Counted from the stretch's first letter, positions 1 to 11,674 are shown. The stretch: 55,608 nt of DNA from Octopus bimaculoides (GCF_001194135.2 NC_068993.1:15531909-15587516), one strand, 5' to 3'. The notes: generated by a model from the sequence alone, not told the origin. Translations and numbers: made by a program.

Positions 1-116
1 TGTGTGTGTGTGTGTGTGTGTGTGTTTTTGTTTGTATGTATGAGTGTGGTGATATACCTTTCATTAAATTACTGTATTAGTACTGAAACTTGTTAATGTA
101 TTATTTTTCATTTCAG

Positions 117-244
117 CATTCCAGATAAGAGTGGATTAAGTGCTTATAGCAACTATGAAATGAAACGAACACCAAATGTAAAACAGTTGTCTGATATTCA
201 AAGACGACGTACTGTGGACCAATCTGAAGGTGAAGTTAGCCACC
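117..244 (+). CDS. Candidate coding exon or TE-derived ORF remnant, product unknown
   Basis: Pyrimidine tract plus AG acceptor (ttatttttcatttcag, 101-116). One frame is open to 432 (IPDKSGLSAYSNYEMKRTPNVKQLSDIQRRRT...). Possible phase-1 donors after 229 (GTGAAG) or 244 (GTAAGG). No recognisable homology. Confidence 0.2.
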
Positions 245-587
245 GTAAGGTTGTACAGATCACTGCTACGGCCAACAGTGTTATTATACAAGTTACTTGC
301 AAAGAAAAGAAATCAACCAGATCCTGCTCAATTCGACGTGGGTTCTCTGACAGATGTGTTCATGTTGTCAACCAGGATCTTCAAATAATTCCCGTTGTAA
401 AGCAGCTGATGACGCAAAGAAACTCCCAATGATTCGGAGTACTTCTGTGAGATATATTCTTCAACTTCGCTAATATGGCTGGCAGAGCATTGGCAAAGAA
501 ATTTTTTCTTCAATTTACTTATATCTCAAGAAAAAAGGAGGAAGATATCTTTCAAGCCTTATAGATTTTATGACGAATGTAAATATA

Positions 588-767
588 TATAGGGAGAATT
601 CAGGGGAAAAAAACAGACGAAGACAGGTGGTGTAGACAACAAATCGATGTATTAGTATAACGCTTGGGAATAGAGAAAGTCTTTAACATTTCGAGCCTAC
701 GCTCTTCATCAGAAAGGAACACAGAAAGAAACAAGGAGAGAAAAAAATGTGTGTAGTGGTCAGCGAT
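588..767 (-). mobile_element. Short non-autonomous Penelope-like element carrying a hammerhead motif (family HH1, copy 1)
   Basis: Reverse complement aligns over about 180 bp with 37676-37860 and more loosely with 12434-12595. Layout: pyrimidine tract, hammerhead core, U-rich tail ending at (TA)n. Confidence 0.75.
681..716 (-). ncRNA. Minimal type-I hammerhead ribozyme motif with intact catalytic core
   Basis: Minus strand CUUU-CUGAUGA-A-GAGC-GUAG-GCUC-GAAA-UG-UU-AAAG: stem I CUUU/AAAG, stem II GAGC/GCUC, loop-less stem III AUGU, cleavage triplet GUU. Confidence 0.7.
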
Positions 768-1008
768 AAAATAAAAACAAAACCATGAACACGAAACACA
801 GCAAAATTTAAAGGGACGTACATATTGACAGTGACGCTCATAGAAATGTTAAGTCAGAAGAAAAAGTTGGTGCAATCTTTCGACATGTATCGTAATCAGA
901 AAGAGGAAAGAGGAAAAGTCCGCAAAGAAAGAAGAGTCCTAGCAAAGCACATGTGTCGTTACATGGCAAAAAAGTCTATATGTATGCGCGTGTGTAAGAG
1001 AGAGATGG

Positions 1009-1012
1009 AGTG

Positions 1013-1052
<40 letters not shown>

Positions 1053-1058
1053 TGTGTA
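1009..1058. repeat. (TG)n microsatellite
   Basis: Direct reading; also (TG)n at 1-26. Confidence 0.95.
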
Positions 1059-1550
1059 CAGGGTGGCAATAAATTCACTATGCAGAATCACAAAAAAGCA
1101 AAAGCAACATACACGACACAGAGACAGGTTCACGATTATAAGTTTATAAATCATCAAAGTTGGTTTATAATTTCCAAGAAGATGCCTACGATGACGTGAC
1201 AGCGTTGAGTGGTTTCCTTGCTCACCAGATTTGACCCCGGTGGATTTCGCTCTATGAGAAATTACCAAAGATTCCGTTTGTGCAAAGAAACCGAGAAATG
1301 CCGATGACCTCAAGCAATTTATTCGAGATGCATTTACAGACTTGCTCCGTCAGAACCATTTGTGTCGTGACATTTGTCGAAGCGTTCTCTCACGTTTTAG
1401 GGAATACATTGAAGCAAGTGGCTTGCAGTTCGAACAGTATCGATAATTAATTTAATATTGCTTACGATAGCATTTTATCGTTATTAACCAGAATTAACCA
1501 GAACCATTTTAATGAAATATTTCTGGACGGTTTTTATCAATACATTTTAT
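1059..1550 (+). mobile_element. Internally deleted Tc1/mariner-superfamily DNA transposon
   Basis: TA followed by CAGGGTGGCAATAAATTCAC TIR-like start at 1059; a YNFQEDA (FQQDG-like) motif near 1167-1187; then the transposase C-terminus. Right end is degenerate. Confidence 0.75.
1195..1446 (+). pseudogene. Tc1/mariner transposase C-terminal remnant
   Basis: RDSVEWFPCSPDLTPVDFAL*EITKDSVCAKKPRNADDLKQFIRDAF...IEASGLQFEQYR* matches the WPxxSPDLxPxDFxLW and C-terminal GxxFE motifs; one in-frame stop (TGG>TGA). Confidence 0.85.
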
Positions 1551-1599
1551 ATACGCAGGTTTACCTATTTATAATCGAGAGGAGTGGCGCTATGTAAAA

Positions 1600-1700
1600 T
1601 GAAGAAAATAACGAACTGCCCGGTATGGGAATTGAAACCATGATGTTGTGGTTTCAATTCCAAATTCAATTTTAATACCTAACCACAAAGGCACGTGCCT
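1600..1700 (-). mobile_element. tRNA-derived SINE head fragment containing a 13-bp perfect hairpin
   Basis: B-box-like GGTTTCAATTCC; inverted repeat 1628-1640/1649-1661. Confidence 0.45.
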
Positions 1701-1840
1701 TAAAGCCTTCTGTAGACAGCGAACATAGATTAATTTTGAACATTTGAAAACATTCTCTAATATTGAATAAGTTGCGGCTTACAACAAACTAGTAATTAAA
1801 TCTAGGAGCAATCTTGTAGAAACTGGCATATATATTTCTT

Positions 1841-2019
1841 TATTGCCCAAGGACAGACAAAGGGATTAAGTCGATTACATTGACCCCAGTGCGTAACTGG
1901 TACATTATTTATCGACTCCGAAAGGATGAAAGGCAAAGTTGACCTCTGAAGTAACGGCAGACGAAATACCGCTAAGCATTTCGCCCGGCGCGCTAACGTT
2001 TCTGCCAGCTCGCCGCCTT
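1841..2019 (-). mobile_element. tRNA-derived SINE family A (internally deleted copy)
   Basis: Head GGCGGCGAGCTGGCAGAAACGTTAG and the GCCTTTCATCCTTTCGG-GTCGATAAA central domain (Nin/Deu-like, from recollection); B-box segment deleted relative to 46154-46370. Confidence 0.85.
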
Positions 2020-2577
2020 GCATATATATATATAAAGGAACACAGAAATATATATATGTATGTATGTATGTATATATATATATATATATATNNNNNNNNN
2101 NNNNNNNNNNNNNNNNNNNNNNNNNNNNNNNNNNNNNNNNNNNNNNNNNNNNNNNNNNNNNNNNNNNNNNNNNNNNNNNNNNNNNNNNNNNNNNNNNNNN
2201 NNNNNNNNNNNNNNNNNNNNNNNNNNNNNNNNNNNNNNNNNNNNNNNNNNNNNNNNNNNNNNNNNNNNNNNNNNNNNNNNNNNNNNNNNNNNNNNNNNNN
2301 NNNNNNNNNNNNNNNNNNNNNNNNNNNNNNNNNNNNNNNNNNNNNNNNNNNNNNNNNNNNNNNNNNNNNNNNNNNNNNNNNNNNNNNNNNNNNNNNNNNN
2401 NNNNNNNNNNNNNNNNNNNNNNNNNNNNNNNNNNNNNNNNNNNNNNNNNNNNNNNNNNNNNNNNNNNNNNNNNNNNNNNNNNATATATATATATATATAT
2501 TAGCAGTTTTCACATTATCGTTTTCGTGAATCACCCACGAATTCATATGCTCAATATATATATATATATATATATAC

Positions 2578-2860
2578 TGATAGTCAGGATTTAGCCAAAC
2601 CATCCAACGATGGAGTTGTCACTATTGATGAGCTTGTATTTGTCAAGCGAATCTAGTTTAGTTAATTGATCAAGCTTTGCTGTAGGACGGTTATCTCCCC
2701 TGCCGGTATATGTACATGTGCTTTGTTGAGACTCTAAGGGTATTTAACTCATGTTTCTAACAATATAGGCGCTACTTGACCCCGTCGATCACAATTTGTG
2801 AGGACTGAATTTTTCCTTTGTGATTTTATATTGCTATAGCTGCCTTCCTTGTGTTATAAA
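2578..2860 (+). mobile_element. TA-flanked short element with hammerhead-like motif (family HH3)
   Basis: About 280 bp of complex sequence between TA tracts, containing the motif at 2621-2662. Confidence 0.5.
2621..2662 (+). ncRNA. Degenerate minimal hammerhead ribozyme motif
   Basis: ACUA-UUGAUGA-GCUUG-UAUUUGU-CAAGC-GAAU-CUAG-U-U-UAGU: perfect 4-bp stem I, 5-bp stem II, CUAG palindrome in stem III; two core substitutions (C3U, A15.1U). Confidence 0.6.
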
Positions 2861-3189
2861 TATATGTATATAAGTTATTGTAAAACTTTAACGTATGTAA
2901 CTTCAGCAAACGCGTAAGTACAAAATATTTGTAAGATTTCCTAACTTTAAAATAATCCCTTCTGGGCTCCCATACGAGATTGTGTAGTCAAGATTTTATA
3001 AACTGACGTTTCCGAAATAAACAAACATATATATTTTATTTGTCGCTGACTTTTGATGGTATATGCACCTCTGCAAGGTAACATACTTTCCCAGCTCTGC
3101 ATGATTGGTTCTGTTTCCTCTCTGTCCTCGAGAGAAATGTACAGAACCTTTGTGTATTTGTATATAAACATATGTGCATATATACATAC

Positions 3190-3249
<60 letters not shown>

Positions 3250-3506
3250 TTGTATGTATACTTATTTAACTGTAGTATTGCTTGGAACGTTCAACTATTA
3301 TGTGTATATATAAATATACATATATTTATTTCTATATAATGTATGTATGTATGGATGTATTATGTATCTGTGTAGTGTGTATGTGTGTACGTGTGTATAT
3401 ATGACTAATATAACGATAGTTTTGATTGAAACGCTCAACTAATATTCGGTTATGTTAAAAGGTGTGGAAGCGTTGTGTATCATTGTTATTTTTGACACTT
3501 CCACAG

Positions 3507-3574
3507 AGGGCCAACCCCTTTATGCAGATGACATTCCATATTGTTTTTGTAGTAACATCATGCCTGATAGGAAG
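3507..3574 (+). CDS. Candidate 68-nt internal exon, product unknown
   Basis: Acceptor tttttgacacttccacAG, donor AAG|GTAACA; open phase 1 to 0: (E/Q)GQPLYADDIPYCFCSNIMPDRK. Confidence 0.3.
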
Positions 3575-3874
3575 GTAACACCTCAAATGACATTTTGGGT
3601 CAGCAACTCATTATATGTTGTATGTTGTTCACACAATCATTGAACTGGTGAAACTTTTTCCCCTCTGCGTTTTTCGTTTCGTTTGTTCCAATGTATGTAT
3701 GTGGCAATTCATTACATCGTTTTAGTGATGACTAATCCATCAAAAACATCACTTTACAGTCCAGCGCGATGGATAAGACAAATCATTATGGAACAATGGC
3801 TCTGTTCTCCTTCCGAAATGACCAGCTTTAGATTTGTATGGGACTTCAACGCTCAAGACACAATCTTGTTAAAC

Positions 3875-3914
3875 AATAATAATAATAACAACAATGATAA
3901 ATATAAGAACGAAT

Positions 3915-3978
<64 letters not shown>

Positions 3979-4190
3979 TAATAAATGACAACAACAGCGA
4001 TGCCAGCAACAACAATTGCAACAATAAAGGCAACGAAAGCAGCCACAACAAAAACAGAAATCACGGGGCCGAATAATATCAACAGCAGCATCAGCAGTAA
4101 CTAGCATCAGTAATTGCAACAGCAGCAACACCAACAACACCAACACCAACAACAATAACTGTAGCAACAGCAACAACAACTACAACAACA
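3875..4190. repeat. Compound trinucleotide microsatellite (AAT)n grading into (AAC/AGC)n
   Basis: Direct reading. Confidence 0.9.
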
Positions 4191-5149
4191 CCGGGTAGGC
4201 AAGTATACCAAACAACGCCATAGCTTGATAATGAAGTCATTTTATATTTAATCCATATGCCTCCCCAGGCGGCTTTTCGACGTAGCGGCTGAAACATATT
4301 TTTGCCGCCATTGTCTTCTGGGTGCCAGGCTAACAACAACTTAACAGCAACTCTATGTTCGTGAATTGCTATTCATTCAAGTATCTGCTTATTTCTCTCT
4401 CTCTCTCCCTCTCCCTCTCTCTCTTTCTCCGTCTCTCCAACTCTCACTCTCTCTCTCCCACCTCCTACCATTCTGCTCCACTAAATAACAACAATGGTGA
4501 AGGCTGTCCAGCAGTAAGCATCCAATTGGTTCATCCATCTAAAACATTTTATTTATTTGGTTTTAAGGGAAATTCTATTGCTTTCCATGTGTATACCATG
4601 TGTTTGGCTTTGGACAGAAAACACAACCCTCTGTCCACACATTCTTTATATTTGACAATGAAGGCTAAAGATTTGACACGTCTAAGATATGAATATTCGC
4701 ACCTCTTATTCAACCCCTCACTCTTTCTCCCTCTCCGTCTTTGTGTATGCGTGTGTATTTGTTTGTGAGTGTGTTGGTCTGTTTATATCTTTGTTATTCT
4801 GAGTGCACCTCTATGAGAGCGTTGATATATTTGTGGCTATATTGAGTATGCGTCAATTTATTTTAGAATGAGACAGTGTTTGTGAACGATTGTATATGTG
4901 TATGTATGTATATACATGAGTATATGAGTGGAGGCGAGAAAGAGATAAAATGAAAGAAAGTGTTTGTGCCAACATTGTGTGTATAAGTTTATATATCTAT
5001 GCTCCCGTGTGTGTTTTTCTGGGCTCGTTTCTGTTTTATATGTGCGCAATATGAACGATCGTGTGGTTTAAGGCTGTGAGGAGAGGCCGGATGATGTTTT
5101 GAATAATTGGGATAGGTGAATAAACGAAAACATTGGGAAATATCTGTAG

Positions 5150-5700
5150 AAAGAACAAATGAGAAAGAAAAGGGAGTATGAGAGAATAAATGGAAGGAAA
5201 ACAGAAAAAGGAGAGAACGAAGGGTGAATAGAATCAAAGAAGAGAAATACCAGAAACAGTAAAGATAATGAAGGAATAAGAATAAGCTACAGGGAACAAA
5301 GTTTAGCGGAAACAATATCGAAGGAGAAGAGAAAGATGAGAGAAGGAACAAGATATTGTAAAAGAGAGTATAGAATAGTAAAGGAGAATAGTAAAAGCTA
5401 GTAGTGGTAAGAGAGAATGAGAAGTGTAGACTATTAATAAGAGACAATGAGAATAATAAGATTTTGGTAAAGGTGAGGGAAGGAGGGAGTGGATATATAG
5501 AGAGTGAGAACAGATATAATAAAGGATGGAAAATTGATAGAGAGGAAGAAAGAGAATAGGAATGAATGGAGATAGGGTGATACGAAGACGTTATACAGAA
5601 ATTGGGAGAGGAAAATAGATAGAGCGGGACAGAGAGACAGAAAGACAAAGAAAGTCAGAGAAATGTCTATTCGTGAAGGAGAAGAGAAAAATGTAGGACT
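5150..5700 (+). repeat. Long purine-rich (GA/GAA) low-complexity tract
   Basis: Strong A/G strand bias over about 550 bp. Confidence 0.8.
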
Positions 5701-6574
5701 GACACGAGAAGCGTACTTGGTTACGGCGAAGAAATTTGGTAAAAAGACACGAAATGATGTTTAGTAATGATGAGGGTTTGAGAATCTGGAATGGGAATGT
5801 TTGTTTCTTCGATCAAAAGAAGAATAATTGAAATGACAAAACAAAACAAAAAAATAATAAAAATATATATATATAAATAAATAAATAAATAAAAAAGAAT
5901 GGTTACAAAATCTCTACAACAATATAACGTCGGAATTAAACAGATGGGGTCAAACGAACGGACAAACATAGCGTCATGAGAATAAAAGAATATTCTGACC
6001 AAAGTCTTGTAAAACAGCTGGTTACGTCCTTTGACCCCCCCCCCCACTCCTACTGTTACTTATAAAATACTATGCAATACTTTGGTTTCTTCGTTTGTAT
6101 CAAAAATGCATGAGTTCGTCTTGATTAACCATTCAAAAGAACTATTGATTTCACAAAATCGGAGTTCTGTCTACTTTCTTTCTGTTTTGTCCACATGCAA
6201 ACTGATTCCATCCAAAATATTCCAATGTTAAAAATATTTTTCTTAAAATTTCGCAAATCGTTATAAAAATAAATGAACAACAGACAACAATTGCTATTAT
6301 TTTTATTATCCAGTATTGAGTTTTTTTTTTTTTTGTGGGGGGTGCTTTTGTTTTTATTGTTGTTTTTTAATATTCCTTTCGAATGTTGTTTACCGTATTC
6401 GTGTTTAAGAATACGGGTATATTTGATTTCGTAAAGTCGACGTGACAAACCAAATTATTTCACTTCTAAATAAAATACATACTTGGAAATATAGAATTGT
6501 AGTTCTGACGAATTCTCTCCATATCTTTCTACTTTTTTTTCTTTCTTTCTTCTTTTTCTTCATTAATTATTAGT

Positions 6575-6720
<146 letters not shown>

Positions 6721-7479
6721 ATTTTACACGATTCTCTTGCATTCATTGTCATTATTCCTATGTCTATAATAGTCCTATAATGCCTCGTTTTGTTATGTGA
6801 AGAGAATGTATGATTTACAAATTTTTTTCTCAAGTTTATTTGCTCTCCATATCTGCAAAGATGGCGTATATACTTCACTCCATACATATATACATGCATA
6901 CATACATGTAACTATTTGTGTGAGGGTGTGTGTGTGTATGCATATATACTTACATGAATGAATGTAAACTTCAGTCATTAGGCTGGCATACGAAATTTAA
7001 TAAAATACTTTTGGCTTCCAAACCTTTGTTAAAAACATATGTTGCATATAAAGGCAAGTACATACGCAATAATACAATACCAACAGCTACTCCGCCCACG
7101 CCCAAATTGCTGGCTTTGTGCCACAATTTGAAACCAATATTAGGCAGCCATATATAACACAAAGAAGAATTACTTGTGTACATATGACTAAGTAGATACT
7201 AGGGAAGTTATAATCATCGTTGCGTATCATGGTTTCACTTCAAAATTGGTCAGTACATTCTTGACGTAAGTAATGCGTTAAAACCGAAATATGCAAATAG
7301 TAAAGTAGAAATGACTCATAAGAATGGAGCGGAATACTCCCACTCGTCATATTTCGCAGAGCGGGGAACCCCATTCACCTTAAAAACTACGCAAGACGAA
7401 ACTGAGTACCGATCCTACCGAAAAGTAGTCACAATATTTCATAGGATCTATAGTAAAAAGTAATGCAAAAGTATGTAGA

Positions 7480-7517
<38 letters not shown>

Positions 7518-7858
7518 ACACACACACATAGATATTTATATATATAAATATATTTCTAAATGGATGAAAATGAATGATGACGACGTTTATAATTATTTCC
7601 ATGAATGCATTNNNNNNNNNNNNNNNNNNNNNNNNNNNNNNNNNNNNNNNNNNNNNNNNNNNNNNNNNNNNNNNNNNNNNNNNNNNNNNNNNNNNNNNNN
7701 NNNNNNNNNNNAAATGTATCTATCTATCTCTTTCTAGTTCTCTCTCTTTATATACATGTATATATAATATATGCAATATATAAAGTAATATACTTATACA
7801 TATTATATCTCAAATGTATCTATCTATCTCTTTCTAGTTCTCTCTCTTTATATACATG

Positions 7859-7913
<55 letters not shown>

Positions 7914-7923
7914 NNNNNNNNNN

Positions 7924-7994
<71 letters not shown>

Positions 7995-8899
7995 TGTGTG
8001 TATCTTTATGTATATATGTTTTTATATATATATGCGTGTGTGTGCAGAGAAAATGAGAACCGAGAGAGAGAATGTGTATGTGTGGGAGAGAGAGAGAAAG
8101 AAGGTCACAGAGACAAAGCGTGAAGTAGAGAAAGAAAGAAAGAAAGAAAGAAAGAAAGTAAGAAAGAAAGAAAAGAAATAAAGAAATAGAGTGAGAGTGT
8201 GGGAGAATATCATATCGTGAACGAACATAGCTTTAAATTACATAATTATTGCTTGATTCTGCAGATCTCTAATGTCTCTAACTTCCGAAGTTGTAACAGA
8301 GAATAGTAGATTTGATTGGAACCGCGATAAATATACTCTAGTTGAATGGTATATAGTAGTTAGAAGATATCTGTGAATAGGGATGGTACAGGAAAACTAT
8401 AACTTGATCAGCTATGAAGTGATTAAAACTATAATCTATTTTATGGATTTCTCCAAGAGATTAACGGAAGCAATCGTTAAATTTCTTGTCTACAAAACAT
8501 CTTAATATATTAAGACACGAATCATTGAATTAAATGGCCATTACATCATTAGATTTCTACCTAAATTTTTGACCAAAACAATGAATTTCCGGCTGGTGAA
8601 ATCTTCACCAAAAATCTAAATTGCATCAATTACTATAAGTCCAACCAATAAATGTATCTGAAAACGTCAACAATTACTTATGAAAGAGTTTGTACGGGTA
8701 CGGGGTGGGGGAATTGGTTTACTAGTAAGATAAAATTTCAGTTCGATTTCAAAGAGATCATTTGTTTGGAAACAAGTCTATTGTTGTTCTTGTTACGTGG
8801 TTGCCGTTACTTTTGTTATTGTTATTGTTGTTATTAATTATTGTAGTTGTTACTGTTACTCCTGAAGTTATTGTTGTGGACGTTATTAAGGTGGTGTGA

Positions 8900-9045
8900 T
8901 AATAGAACTGCTGCCACACCGGACAAAATGCTTAACGGAATCTCTTTGGGTCGGTAAAATAAAATAAATCGAATAATGTGATCGAGGTATTCAATTAACT
9001 TGTAACCCTTAAGTTGCTGCCCTGGTGCAAAAATTTTAAGCCATT
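8900..9045 (+). mobile_element. SINE family A, degenerate
   Basis: CCGGACAAAATGCTTAACGG head and GCTGCCCTGGTGCAAAAATTT tail remnants. Confidence 0.55.
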
Positions 9046-9060
9046 ATTATTATTATTGTT

Positions 9061-9145
9061 CAGTAGTTTTATTTTTATAACGTCCTTTCACTTCAGTACA
9101 GAGCGCAGATCAGTGTGCCTTGGGTATGTGCTGTGGTTTGCTGTG
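9061..9145 (-). mobile_element. R4/Dong-type non-LTR retrotransposon, 3' UTR-only 5'-truncated copy in (TAA)n
   Basis: High identity to the 3' UTR of the adjacent 9176-9386 copy; (TAA)n on both sides. Confidence 0.8.
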
Positions 9146-9175
<30 letters not shown>

Positions 9176-9178
<3 letters not shown>

Positions 9179-9384
9179 TAGTTTTATTTTTATAACGTGC
9201 TTTCACTTCACTACCGAGCGCAGCTTTGTGCGCCTTGGGTATGTGCTGTGGTTTGCTGTGGTGCTCTTATGGTTACTGTATTGAACGTGTTTTGCGTAGG
9301 ATGTGTGCAGTGCCCAGTAGTGCAATTTTCTGTATGTTATATATATTTGTAAGACCTGGTGTTTTTGTTATGTATTTGTCTGAA

Positions 9385-9386
<2 letters not shown>
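9176..9386 (-). mobile_element. R4/Dong-type (RLE) non-LTR retrotransposon 3' end in (TAA)n
   Basis: 9386-9273 reads YSDKYITKTPGLTNIYNIQKIALLGTAHILRKTRSIQ* without stops (the QKxALLGTAxILRK C-terminus typical of the R4 clade). The 3' UTR ends AAAATAAAACTACTG-(AAT)n. Confidence 0.85.
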
Positions 9387-9456
<70 letters not shown>

Positions 9457-9457
<1 letters not shown>

Positions 9458-9585
9458 GGGGGTGGTTCTACCCCCACCCATGTCAATCCCAATTTTTCCC
9501 TTCAAATTTCTCAAATCTAGTTGTTGATGCTCACAGCGCCTCAGCAACTACTGGGATGGCAGTTATCTTCTTCATTTTCCATGCT
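9457..9585 (-). pseudogene. Older R4/Dong-type RLE C-terminal fragment
   Basis: AWKMKKITAIPVVAEAL*ASTTRFEKFEGK then IGIDM after a frameshift, resembling LWKMKKVxVIPVVVGALG; flanked by (CAA)n and (TAA)n. Confidence 0.7.
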
Positions 9586-9829
9586 TTTGTTGTTGTTGTT
9601 GTTGTGCCAAGAATTTGGCAGCCCTAATAGAGCGGCGTAAAAAATTGTCCAGTCGAAACATTTTCGACACTTTATATTCTACGTTCAAACATTTATTCCT
9701 CTGGGACCAGATAAACTAAAATACTTGTCGTATTCTAAAGTCGATGAAATCATATAAGTCCTTCCTCCCGCTAAATTATTATTTTATACCAACTATTGGA
9801 AAGTTATTTTTCTCGCTTCATATTTGTTC

Positions 9830-10060
9830 CTTCATTGTATTGAGGACTTTTCGGACAATTCATGCTCAACATGTTTTCTTCACTACACCTACTTCCAGAT
9901 TAAGATCTTGTTTTTCAAGGCTTGCTCTCAAACAATATTTATCATTGATTCCAAAGCTTCCATAATAATCGGCAGTGTCATGAACTTATTAAATTCTCTG
10001 CTTCAGCACTTGAGGTTTCCATATTGAATGTTCTTAGCACGTATAACTTTTCCTTATTCC

Positions 10061-10062
<2 letters not shown>
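9830..10062 (-). pseudogene. Older R4/Dong-type RLE C-terminal fragment
   Basis: YGNLKC*SREFNKFMTLPIIMEALES and, after a frameshift, LEKQDLNLEVGVVKKTC*A*IVRKVLN; 5' end abuts (TAA)n at 10063-10143. Confidence 0.55.
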
Positions 10063-10133
<71 letters not shown>

Positions 10134-10688
10134 GTTATTATTACACTATTCTAAAGTGTACAAGTCACAGCGATTACGTTAATGTTACATGAATTCTTGT
10201 TGACGACTGCAATATCCAACCTGCTGAGTTATACTCTACATTCTTTTAGTATTGGAAAGCCCCATAACAACGTCACTTCAACTTTTTCGAGGGATTGCAT
10301 TTCTCTTCCCAGAAAATGCTTATAGCTTCATTTTTATTTTATTCTGTATTTTTTTTTTTCTGCGCTTGCAAAACCAAATTTCCTGCAAAAATTCTACTGC
10401 ATTGTTAAACGAATCTTATCATATCTACGTTTTTCTTTTGTATTCATTCTAAGTTAATGCAATACAATGTGCGATATAGTTTCCTCTGAATTATCGCACA
10501 TTCTGAATTGTTGCTATTTTATGTAAACACCGACAGAAATTGTACACGGCCCTTGTAATGTTCTCTATGCATGATACCACTGTAAAAATAAAAGAAATTA
10601 TCATCATCATCATCATCTTCACCATCGTCATTATTATTATTATCATCATCATTATTATTATCATTATTATTATTATTATTATTATTAT

Positions 10689-10750
<62 letters not shown>

Positions 10751-10754
10751 AGTG

Positions 10755-11310
10755 AGTGAGTGAGAGAGCAGTGCATGCCATCAAAACGGCACTGGGGTAA
10801 AATATACGAAGCCCAGTATAATTATCATGACTACCCGCCTGATACGATAAAACCAGGCACATGCATCACGACCATTTGTGCGCGATATGGTGATCTCATA
10901 TCAAGATTAACAGCGTATGAACTTGCAGGTGAGGCCCAGTTAGAATTTTCTTCAAGTTGAGTAGCCCATTCCGCTCAAAAGGTCCCTGAATAAAGGATGT
11001 TTAAGGATGATGAACAAAGCACCCATGTTTCCAAAGGTGAATTATCCAGACCCCAAAGAATTCCTCTCAACACATGGCTATGATGCTCCCCCACTCCTAC
11101 TGCTCGTGATCAAAGATCTACATATCGTCAGCCTCTAAGGGACATGCTCATCCGGTTAAAGTCAAACAACTGACAAGCAAATCCGTGGTATTGAGGAGAA
11201 TATTTGCTGTAGCCCATCTTTTATACGAAGATAAATCGATGCACATGATAACACTTCGAATCAGTCAAGATCAAACTCCATAAGAGTCACTGCCTGATAC
11301 TGCATCAGGG

Positions 11311-11312
<2 letters not shown>
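10755..11312. mobile_element. Unclassified ~560-bp interspersed element embedded in (TTA)n/(GTA)n
   Basis: High-complexity, ORF-less block with sharp boundaries against microsatellites on both sides; terminal hairpin CCTGAT/ATCAGG at 11293-11309. Confidence 0.55.
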
Positions 11313-11313
<1 letters not shown>

Positions 11314-11381
<68 letters not shown>

Positions 11382-11398
11382 TTTATTATCATTATCAC

Positions 11399-11450
<52 letters not shown>
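11314..11450. repeat. (TTA)n microsatellite
   Basis: Direct reading. Confidence 0.95.
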
Positions 11451-11451
<1 letters not shown>

Positions 11452-11674
11452 GTTTATACAAGACTGAAGTAACTCAACAGAAGTTATATAGATATATAGA
11501 GAAGAGTTCTTTACTTGTATACGATTGACACATCCATCACTAAGGTAAACATAGCTGACGTAATCCATCACCAAGGCAAACTTAATGACGAAAAGCGCGA
11601 CTCGACAGCAACAGTTATTTATTTGTAGTTGAACTATATTTCGGCATCTCGTGCACCTTCCAAAATAAGAACCA

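Noticed and set aside
3683-4339. ORFs rich in N, Y, L, I or V runs (also 9226-9627, 10491-10862, 11261-11461)
   Set aside because: Translations of (AAT)n, (AAC)n and (TAG)n microsatellites.
4989-5648. 219-aa hydrophobic minus-strand ORF resembling a membrane protein
   Set aside because: It is the complement of a purine-rich low-complexity tract, giving F/L/S-rich pseudo-transmembrane text.
7203-7452. About 80-codon stop-free stretch on the plus strand
   Set aside because: No recognisable homology and conflicting splice signals; such lengths can occur by chance.
7712-7865. Identical 54-bp duplication at 100-bp spacing, plus duplicated flanks around the 10-N gaps at 7914 and 37907
   Set aside because: Adjacent to gaps; most likely contig-overlap assembly artefacts.
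10755-11312. HDV-like ribozyme at either end of the 560-bp element
   Set aside because: GCAGTG/CACTGC could form P1, but the P3/L3/P1.1 pattern could not be found by eye.
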